A stretch of DNA of 64,000 nucleotides from Cystobasidiomycetes sp. EMM_F5 (Eukaryota): NCBI GenBank assembly GCA_051047955.1, contig JBPGPT010000025.1, positions 124,001 to 188,000 on the forward strand, given 5' to 3'. The translations under genes and the position numbers were made by a program. Positions 25,335-35,118 of this stretch are shown here, piece after piece; the stretch's first letter is position 1, and the number at the start of each line of letters is the position of its first letter. The notes beneath the pieces are model-generated. The model did not search any database and was not told where the DNA came from. It was given only the letters and a program-made list of their open reading frames with translations.

Positions 25335-26455
25335 ATGCTGTCTATCCGCATCTACACCATCTTTGCCCTTGTGGCACACACGCTCGCCGCACCTGTTCTC
25401 ATTGAACGACAAGGTGCTGGTGTCGGTCAGGTGAGTCGACTCCATTGTCACTCGCCCGATCACACACCATTAAACCTAACCACACTTGCTTCTTTCTCAG
25501 GGATGCAACGCGATCTTTTCGGATACCGATACCTCTACTGGACAAGTAGTCAAGCAAGCTGGTGCATGGGCAGCTACGAAAGGTCTAGCTCGTCGCCAAG
25601 GCGCGGGCGTTGGAGGTGTGTCCCAGACGCGCGAATGTCTCTCAATCCTTGCTGATTCGGAAAATTTGTCCTACAGCCGGATGCGATGCCATCTTCTCCG
25701 ACACAGACACGTCTACCGGTCAAGGCGTAAAGCAAGCTGGTGCATATATTGCATCGGTGAGTTGTCTTTTTCTGGGATCAATTTTGTGGAGACACATATC
25801 TGACCGCTTGATGTGGGGTTTCAGAAAGGTGTAAAGCGACAGCTTGACAAGATGGGAGCAGGAGTCGGGTACGTTGTATCCACTCTGCCTGGTGGTCAGA
25901 CCGCTGGCCAGGAAGTTACCGATCAGACGGGAACTGTTGATGGGTATGTTTCGGGTTCAGACTTACCAACGTCACTAGCTAAGCTAGTTCATGTGGTGTA
26001 CAGCAACGGTACCGAAGGTTCTGCAAAGCTGGGCGAAGCTGTCGGACAAGCAGAACTTGATATCGGAAATGGCGTTACCGAAACAGCCTTCGGAACGACA
26101 TCAGGAAATGGGGGCCCTTCCAAGCGACAGCTAGACAAGATGGGGGCCGGCGTTGGATACGTTGTCTCTGCTGCACCAGGTGGACAGACTGCAGGACAGG
26201 AAATCACCGACCAGACGAGTACTATTGATGGCAACGCGACCAACGGCTCTGCCATGCTGGGAGAGGCAGTAGGCGACTTCGAGCTGAATGTGAGTGCTAA
26301 CTAGCAACGTTTGCTTCGTGCGCGCCTAACGATTCTGTCACTCGCAGGCCGGCAATGCAGTCACAGAAACTGCCTTTGGCACTACCTCTAACGGAGGCGG
26401 CAACACTGGCGGAGGCAACCCGCCACCCGCTGGTCCAGGACACCACCGCGAATAG
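25335..26455 (+). CDS. Secreted repeat precursor with Kex2-type dibasic sites (KEP-like), 6 exons
   Basis: Signal peptide, then two QGAGVGxGCxAIFSDTDTSTGQxVKQAGA units and two QLDKMGAGVGYVVS...TETAFGTTS units, separated by ER/RR/KR/KR. All five introns are GT-AG and keep the frame. Confidence 0.85.
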
Positions 26456-26803
26456 ATGAACGTAGAAGAGCAATGAGGAGACGGAGTGGAGAGCAAACTA
26501 TGAAAGAAACGTGAACTTAAGTGCAAGACGCGCAGAGTAATGACTAAATATCTAATGAATTACGCAATACGTACAAACAGCACGTCAGTGTAGTGCTCTG
26601 TAGCATTAGTACGTGCAGCCACAAGCATAATGATTATCTTCACATGATCCTTCTGCATGCCACTTGTTTATTATTTACGCGTACCTGGACGCGTATACTT
26701 TTGGACGAGGCCAGCTCCTAATCGCTCCCTACGATGAGTACACCACCATGACCCACGCACCGTAGCAGTCACTGCAGTCAGACCCTGCATCCGCATTACA
26801 ACC

Positions 26804-27741
26804 ATGGATCCAGACCCCCCTCGACGGCCATCAGACCTCTTTCGTCACAAATCATGGCATCCACCGCCGTCACGGAGGAGACGGACACGAGAGGTGCTCG
26901 AGGATATAACGTGGATTGTGAATGAGGATAGGAATGGGAATGGGAATGGAGGCCAGCAGTGGAGGCAGCTGAGCGACGAGCCTGGGATACTCGAACTCGA
27001 AGTGTCGGCAAGGAATACGATCCAAAACATTCAAAGAGACGAGCAGGGTCGCAGAATGAGAAACAGCACATACGAGGTGTGTGTTGATATTTTCATGACG
27101 GGATCATGGCACTAATGTCCATTTAAAAGGGCCCGATACCGCTGCGGCTGAATGTAAACAACAACAGACATATACCAGAAGACAGCGAGAATAGAAGAGA
27201 ACGGACAATTATCCCGCTGCCCGCTCTACGACTACCTCTCCCAGATCGAGCTATTTCCTCCACCCTACCCGCATCTTCTTCGCCCGCATCCAGTCCTGTC
27301 CGCAGCCAGTTCACTGGCTCTGCCCTGCTCGGCGTTCCAAGCGGGCCATTTATCGCTGCTGCGCCTCTTGCTCGCTCTCGTAGTGCTGGAAGTGTGCTGC
27401 CGTATTCAATACTATCGACATCTGAAGCATCGACCAGTCGCGTTCGAGGTGAATGCAGACGAGCGAGTACTTCATCCACATCGTCGTCGATTCAATCGAT
27501 GCGCGGTCCGGCCATGCTGAGGAGGACGCCGAGTAGTAGCAGTCTGGGGAGTGTTGCAGGAGACGAGTCGATGGCGTCCGTCCCATCTGCTTCGTCGGAG
27601 GTTGCGCACGAAAGACGGCCGAGTCGTGGCACGTCGTTACCGCTTGATGGGAGTAACGACGAACAGATCAGACTGCGAGGAAAGCGATTGCGCAGTCCTG
27701 AGGAGGAGGACGATCCGCAGGTGAAGGAGGAGGGAGAGTAG
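26804..27741 (+). CDS. Hypothetical Ser/Arg-rich, probably disordered protein (intron about 27077-27129)
   Basis: ORFs 26804-27115 and 27394-27741 join in frame through a GT..AG intron. Basic RLRGKRLR motif near the C-terminus. No recognisable domain. Confidence 0.5.
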
Positions 27742-28061
27742 AGGTGCCATCCTCGCCGTTATCGACACATTGACGCATTCACTGCTCCACTCCTGTTGAC
27801 CCAATCTTTTCCGTTTCTTCCCGCTCGTTTTCTAGCTTCAAGCGCGCCTTTGCGTCTTTTACCTACCGCCCATCTCGTCTCGTCGGTGTTGTTATGCATA
27901 GCCAGTCGTTGTCGTTGTTCTATTGCAATCCATCGTTCATCGGGCATTCTCGGATATGTGTTCCCCCGGGTCTCTCGATCTGTGCTGCCTCTGATTTGAC
28001 ATCGGAGTGGCTCTTTTTTCTTTCAAGTCATTACAAACGATATCCTGACAATCCAGCAAAC

Positions 28062-30933
28062 ATGTCGGCACCTGCAATGCTCGGAAGGCAGGCTGCGACG
28101 ACGCTGCGTGAGTGCAGAGTATGGAATATGGCCAGTCTGGGGGGCTGCAGGCTGCGAGAATGGGCGATATCCAATTAAACTCAGCCCGTCCATGCCATAT
28201 CCGCACCCTGGACTGGCTCACACTGACCCTATCGTACGCTATCCTGACTGCCTCGCTCTCCGCTCTCCTCCAGGCCGCCCGTTTGCAAGAAACATCTCGA
28301 GCACACCCCGTAGAAGTCGGGTAATTGCCAGCCAGCCTCTAAGGGCAAAGGAAGCGCCAGTGGGTGTTGGAAGTGAAGGATGTGCGAGTGGGTATTGCGA
28401 CTAATGCCCTCCGACGCCGGTTTTCCCAGGCCATCATCACTGGCAAGTATCCCATCATCGACCACGAGTACGATGCAGTCGTCGTAGGAGCCGGTGGAGC
28501 GGGGCTTCGAGCTGCGTTTGGACTGGCAGAGGCAGGTTTAAACACGGCGTGCATCACTAAACTATTCCCGACGCGGTCGCACACCGTCGCCGCACAGGGT
28601 GGTGTCAATGCCGCACTCGGAAATATGACAGAGGTGGGGACGATACTCTTCCTTGCATGGTGCCGATCAACTGACTATGTGCTTGGCTTTCACAGGACGA
28701 CGTGAGTTCATAGACGCGCTGTAAATCCTATCAAGTACTGATTGCAATTGGCGATGGCTACCTCGATGCACAGTGGCGTGAGTGAAGAAGAACGCAATCT
28801 ACATGACTCGCATACTGACAGTCATGGCTTCACAGGGTGGCATATGTGTGCGTCTGTCTTACTCGAAGGCTTCGCTTACGTGAGCTCATAATCCTTCTTC
28901 ATCGCAGACGATACCATCAAGGGTTCCGACTGGCTCGGAGATCAAGATGCGATCCACTACATGTGCAGAGAAGCGCCAAAGTATGGCATGATCAACTCTT
29001 GTACGAGTCTCTGTCCATGCTGATATCCGTTGACATTACTATAGCTCCGTTATTGAACTCGAACACTTTGGCGTACCCTTCTCCCGCACAAAGGAAGGCA
29101 AGATCTACCAACGCGCGTTCGGTGGACAGTCTCTCAAGTACGGCAAGGGTGGTCAGGCGTACAGATGCGCCGCTGCCGCCGATCGCACCGGACACGCCAT
29201 CCTGCATACGCTATACGGTCAATCCCTACGACACAACACAAACTTCTTCATCGAATACTTTGCCCTTGATCTCATCATGAATGACAAGGGAGAGTGTGTG
29301 GGCGTGACGGCATACAACCAGGAAGACGGAACGTTGCATCGATTCAGATCTCACAAGACTGTCCTCGCTACGGGTGGATACGGCCGAGCCTACTTTTCAT
29401 GCACTTCTGCACACACTTGTACGGGTGATGGTAACGCAATGGTCGCTCGTGCCGGTCTGCCACTCCAAGATTTGGAATTCGTACAGTTCCACCCGACAGG
29501 TATCTACGGCGCCGGATGCTTGATTACCGAAGGTTCGCGAGGAGAAGGCGGATACCTGGTGCGTTACACTTCAGTCATGACTTACACACTTCAAATCGTG
29601 CTGACATCTGCCTTCACAATCAGCTCAATGGCGAGGGCGAGAGGTTTATGGAGCGATACGCACCAACCGCAAAGGACCTGGCTTCACGGGACGTCGTCTC
29701 TCGATCTATGACTGTCGAGATCAGAGAGGGCCGTGGTGTCGGTCCAGAGAAGGATCACATCTACCTCCAGCTATCACACTTGCCACCAGAAGTACTACAC
29801 GAGCGTCTCCCCGGTATCTCTGAAACCGCGGCCACCTTTGCCGGTGTCGATGTGACAAAGGACCCGATTCCAGGTAGGATGGCATTTGTCTATTTGACAG
29901 TAGTAAAGACAAGCTGACGCTAGCTCTCTGCTCTCAGTTCTGCCGACTGTCCACTACAACATGGTATGTAACGCGATGCACCCTTCTGTACTGTAACTCA
30001 TGTTTTGACTGCTCGCAGGGCGGTATTCCAACCAAATACACTGGTGAAGTCATCACTACCGGACCAGATGGCAAGGACAAGGTCGTTCCGGGTCTATACG
30101 CCGCTGGAGAAGCTGCCTGTGTCTCAGTACACGGAGCGAACCGACTTGGCGCCAACTCGCTGCTCGATATTGTCGTCTTTGGCCGTGCATGCGCTCACCA
30201 CATTGCGGAAACTACCGACAAGGGCAAGCCACACGAAAAACTTGCCGAGGACGCCGGCATGGACGGTATTGAGCGCTTGGACAAGATCAGACAGTCGAAC
30301 GGACCAAAGCATACTTCCGAGATCAGATTGGCAATGCAAAAGGTCATGCAGTCGGATGCCGCCGTCTTTAGGACACAGTCATCGCTGGAGGAAGGTTGCC
30401 AGAAGATTGACAATGTCATGAAGTCTTGGCCAGAGCTTGGTATCCGCGACCGAAGCATGATCTGGTATGTCTCTTTCAACAAGTTTACAACAGAGACAAA
30501 AGACTGATTTGTACTTCGACATCAACAGGAACTCTGATCTTGTCGAGGCTGCCGAACTGCAAAATCTGATGACCAATGCCGCTCAGACCATGTACTCTGC
30601 CGAAGCCCGCAAGGAATCCAGAGGTGCACACGCCCGTGAGGACTTCAGCGAGGTATGTCGATGTGCTTGGTGTGACTCGCATCTGACAAGACTAACTTTT
30701 ACCGTTGTTGTCACCCTGCAGCGCGATGACGAGAAGTGGATGAAACACACCTTGTCGTGGCAGAAGAACCTGTCCGACCCAGTCAAGTTGACATACCGCG
30801 AGGTTATTGGTCACACCCTGGACGAGAATGAGGCCAAAGCTGTACCTCCCGCCAAGCGGTGAGTTGATGCGTATAAGGTGTGATCATGTGGAGTCACTGA
30901 CGTTCGCCTTACCGACTCTACAGTGTATACTAA
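28062..30933 (+). CDS. SDH1: Succinate dehydrogenase flavoprotein subunit, many exons including microexons
   Basis: [26 protein letters not shown] (covalent-FAD His), [35 protein letters not shown], ends PPAKRVY*. Confidence 0.98.
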
Positions 30934-31458
30934 ACTGCGCCGTCGTCAAAACCACTCAGATTGCCAAGGAGCAGCTTGTCGGCTACTGGACTAACGCGGA
31001 CTTTTCGATAAAAGCAGTGTATACCAAGACTTGATCTTCGCAGCTGTTCACCGCCCCGTGGCGAAGCTGTTGACGCATACACCTCAATGTATCTGTACCT
31101 GTCTAGACCACTGCAACATTCTTCATCATGAATTTCCCGAGTGCCCAATGCTTGGACGGTTTAGCCGAGCCCGAAGGCGGGCCAGCGAGCCCTTCCCCAC
31201 CATGACTTACCACTAGAGTAAAGCTTTGACCTTTCAATCTGCGAACCTACTTGTACAGCATCCATTCCGCATTCTGTTGCGCTGCCGGGGCAGCTGTTGT
31301 GGTGCAGATCTGACATGATGACCGACCGTCTAACCAGATCAAACCCATCGATATACCGTCTAACTGCCGATGTGTTAATGCCTCCAGTAAGCCTCTTAGT
31401 GCTCCTTGACTCTTCACCTTCTCAGTCAGCTGCGCAGATTGAGCCACTACTTCGTAAA

Positions 31459-33075
31459 ATGGATGTTGACGAACTCAACGGATACGAAGACTATACGTCT
31501 ATCGAACATCTGGAGCGCCATGAGGACGTCGACTTACTTTATCAGAAGGCCGCATTGTGCTGCCCACCGTACGCCATGAACTATAAAGCCATTGTGGCTG
31601 GACGCATGCAACACGCAAATGACGTGGTACAGGTCTGTAAGTCAGACTCCTATACACTTGACACACTTTCGGAAGCCTTATTGAGTGCCCATACAGATTC
31701 GTATGACGGAGAGCTGGACGACTGTTTGCGACTGGAGAGCACACTGCTGCATTGGGACGGAACACCAATGCTAGTCATTGCTGGCCAACGGGTCGACGGC
31801 GACGAGACGATGGACGAGCTGACAGCTGTCATTGAGCGGACGCTTACTTCCAGCGTGCTGCCAGACGGAACTGTGCCTGGACATCCTTATCTTCGTTTGT
31901 TGCCCGGGCTGCCTTTGCTGGCCTCTATGGACGTACATGCCGACGCAGCTTCAAAAGGAGGATCGATGCCTCAGCAGCGACTTGATGCAATTCTCAAGCA
32001 CATCGGGTTGCGTAAATATGTACTGCACAACAATACCTCACCTCTTCTTCTCAATACGCTTCTCGCGAGGTACGACTTCGGCAACTTACAAGCCGTCACA
32101 TATACGTGTGATCTCGTACTACGCGGTCCGAAGCTGGGTCTCGGAGCAAATGCAGCGTGGGATGTCCCAGCTTACTTTCGCGTACTGAAAATATGCAAAG
32201 AGCGCAACATTCCTTTTCTGTCTATACACGGTTCCTTTCAGGGATTTGACAAGATGGTCCTCGCTGAACTAGAAGGCTGGAGCGAGACGATGCTGCGTGG
32301 CGTAGCCACTAAAGCAGAGCAAGCGCGAGCACAGAAGATGATTAGATTCGGCATGGCTATGCCAATACAGTGGGCTGCGCGTGTATACGGTGCCGCATCT
32401 GGGGTTTCTGGAGACAGCCTCCGGTTGCACATGCACACGCTGCTAGCAAATGAAGGTATTCTGCCTGAATCTTCCAAATACAGACCTAGCGACGACTGGA
32501 CGGCATTCGCTCTCAAGGGATTCGACGATTATGCGGAGATCACGCCGGCGCGAGCCGGGAGTCGATTGCATTCCGTCGCCATCAATGCAGACTGCCCGTA
32601 CTGTAATACTGTTGGCGATCTGAGCGGATGCACCGTGGATCATGCTCAGATAGGGGAGAAGACCACCATCGTCGAAGTAATCAATTTGGAGCAGGTCGAT
32701 AATGGGGATTGGAAAGTCACGCTCGGGGCATGGGCCGACATGCCAACATCAAATCACTTTGTGGTTGCTTATGCGGATCAGCAAGCCACACTCGATGCAG
32801 ACTGGGCAGCAGTCCGGAGTGCTCGAATGGCTAGAGAGGCAGGACCTTATGTACTTGTCGATGACACGATCAAGGAGGAATGGCAAAAGTACACGCGCAT
32901 CATGCTGAAATTGCTCGAGCCTGCTACTGAGCGAGAGGGAGACTTCCCGGAGTATCAGAGACCGTCTCTCCACAAGACAATCGAAAATCTCAAGCAGGGA
33001 AATATGACAAAGCTGTGTGCAGATTGGAAGAAGTCAAGTAGCCTAGCTACAACACCACCACATCTCGCGGAGTGA
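31459..33075 (+). CDS. Intronless uncharacterised protein (about 538 aa from ATG 31459); possible remote nucleoside-hydrolase/XopQ-like fold
   Basis: Long uninterrupted ORF (open from 31297) with globular composition. Segments HTDSYDGELDDCLRL and GANAAWDVPAYFRVLKICKERNIPFLSI are present. Start codon uncertain. Confidence 0.7.
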   Translation: MDVDELNGYEDYTSIEHLERHEDVDLLYQKAALCCPPYAMNYKAIVAGRMQHANDVVQVCKSDSYTLDTLSEALLSAHTDSYDGELDDCLRLESTLLHWDGTPMLVIAGQRVDGDETMDELTAVIERTLTSSVLPDGTVPGHPYLRLLPGLPLLASMDVHADAASKGGSMPQQRLDAILKHIGLRKYVLHNNTSPLLLNTLLARYDFGNLQAVTYTCDLVLRGPKLGLGANAAWDVPAYFRVLKICKERNIPFLSIHGSFQGFDKMVLAELEGWSETMLRGVATKAEQARAQKMIRFGMAMPIQWAARVYGAASGVSGDSLRLHMHTLLANEGILPESSKYRPSDDWTAFALKGFDDYAEITPARAGSRLHSVAINADCPYCNTVGDLSGCTVDHAQIGEKTTIVEVINLEQVDNGDWKVTLGAWADMPTSNHFVVAYADQQATLDADWAAVRSARMAREAGPYVLVDDTIKEEWQKYTRIMLKLLEPATEREGDFPEYQRPSLHKTIENLKQGNMTKLCADWKKSSSLATTPPHLAE

Positions 33076-33195
33076 GGGAAAGTGAACTGCCTAGTGGTGA
33101 AACAGCCTGCTTAGAATAAACGAGAAAGAGACTTCCCGAGTCTGAATGAATGTGAACTAGAGGTAATCTTGAAAATCCAAATCGTGTCCGACCAC

Positions 33196-34766
33196 TTAGT
33201 GTGCCTTGAGGTATGCCTGACCGACACTGTTAAGCGCCCCATTCGTAACCATGAGACCCTTATCCGCTGCTCCTTCGAACAAGCCAAAGAGAGCATATCG
33301 CTCAATACCCGTCTGGTTATTCCTGATTATATGATCAGCTGCAATGGCGAGTACATGCGGTCAAAGTATAGCTCACATCCACGGAACAACACTGTTGATG
33401 AATGTCACTTGCTGAGCTGCAGTCCCGGATCCACGAAACTCGGTCAGCCAGATCTTGCGCGGTGAAAACGTCTTGATGGCGTCGCTCAGATAGCCCGTAA
33501 AGTAGCCGAGATTCGTAGCCGAGTCGTACTGCATGGAGACAAGGATGAATATGCTGGTTGTTGACGTGAATTGAGACAATGTTGACTTACCCAGTGCTGC
33601 ATTGCAGATAACAACGAAAGCGAGGAAAGCGCCAGAATGACTGACAGTCAGTATGCACAAAGGTGAACACTGTGAATGAGATTACGCCTACCATAGCAAC
33701 AGCATCAACAGTGCAGCCGGTACACTGGTTGAGGAAATTCTTGAGAAACGTGACGCCCATAGGTGCTCCTCCATTCCTGATAGTCCACTCTGTTAGATGT
33801 CCCTACGCTCTTAAAGGAGGAAAGGACTCACGTCACTGCTGGCGAGACGAGTTTGAGTTTGCCTGCCCATGGTTGCATGTAGGTCCTCCACCCGTCTACG
33901 CACTGCTGCACCGTCATCTCTGCTTGGCCTTGGAGATCTGGTTCGTTGAATCCTCTGAGGAGTGACCGAGGAGAGGAGAGAAGGGTCGACAATGGAAGGC
34001 AGAAGGGAGAACGAGGGAGGTGTGGGAGGAATGACAACGGATGCGGGGGATGACCACGAAGAAGGCGACCATGACAAGGGGAAAGACAAGATGAACACGA
34101 AGAATGCGGTCATAACAATGAAAGACGGCAGACGACCACGAAGAAGGCGGACATGACAGGGGAGAAGGAGAAAAGGACATCGGAGGTTAGAATTCAGCAT
34201 TGTCTCTATTGAAATCTCCCTCCGCCCACTCACAGCAGATGAGTCGCCCCTGCCTTTATCGCTGCCTGCACACTCGCATTCCACGTCCTCACGAGGTCTG
34301 GTTTGTTTGCCCCCCACATCATCGGCACGTAGGCCACGCCGTTCTGTATTGTCCCTCCTGGTGTCTGTCCCCAGTTGTACGTCCATGATATGTTGTTTCC
34401 CAGAAGGTGCACGTAGGCTGCCGTGTTGTAGGATATACCCTTCTTGTTGGGAGTGACAGAGAGGGATGCTGCGGAGGCTGTAAAGACTGCGTGCGGGGAT
34501 GATGAGGAGGATGTGACTTTGACTACTGATGGGGATTTTGGGGTCTTTGAAACAATCAAGTTAGAGAATGACTGCGCCTGAGCGTCGACACCACTCACAA
34601 AGAGCACACCGCTTCCCCGCTTTGGATGGGAGCGGGCTGCGTCGACCGCTGCTCCACAGAGTGCGAGTGCGAGAACGAGGGTGGGGCTGTGAGTGGATAT
34701 CAGCGAATGCTCTGATCCCGTGTCAGCGTGTCAGTTGTCAGCCTCGGCCCACCTGTGGAGAAGCAT
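33196..34766 (-). CDS. Secreted GH128 (Asl1-like) beta-1,3-glucanase, multi-exon
   Basis: Signal peptide MLLHS|PTLVLALALCGAAVDA, SWTYNW, YVPMMWG, LL|GFNEPD (acid/base Glu), LVSPAV, AM|HW|YD, IWLTEF (nucleophile Glu), ERYALF. Confidence 0.9.
34051..34170. repeat. Degenerate 41-bp tandem repeat, about 3 copies, inside a GH128 intron
   Basis: tgaccacgaagaaggcgaccatgacaaggggaaagacaaga / tgaacacgaagaatgcggtcataacaatgaaagacggcaga / cgaccacgaagaaggcggacatgacagggggag, starting at 34051, 34092 and 34133. Confidence 0.7.
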
Positions 34767-34940
34767 GATGCAAGTCAGCGGGTTAGTGGATGGATGGAAG
34801 GAAGGAAAGAGAGAGAGACTCTTGATTAACGTTCTGTTGTTAATGTCAGTCATTGCTGCCATGTCGACCATTAGTCTTTCCGGAATGTGTTTGGCATGCG
34901 AGTACTGTATTATAAGTCATGTTTGGAGTGATTAGACGTG

Positions 34941-34982
34941 ATTGTAATGAGCATTGTAATGGATACTATCGGCATTGTAATG
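34941..34982. promoter_or_regulatory. Three copies of ATTGTAATG in the divergent GH128/SEC24 intergenic region
   Basis: Exact 9-mer at 34941, 34953 and 34974. A regulatory role is only inferred from position. Confidence 0.3.
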
Positions 34983-35118
34983 GACATTGACTAATTGTAC
35001 CATCTTCAAGCTCTTTCCTGTCCAACATTCTAATCGCACCTTGAATTCGCGTCAATTGGATTACAACCACAAGTCCACGCTGACCATTACAACACCGCAG
35101 TGACACTCACTCCCTCAC

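Noticed and set aside
34051..34170. Regularly spaced repeat considered as CRISPR-like
   Set aside because: Eukaryotic intron, degenerate tandem units without unique spacers, and no cas genes.
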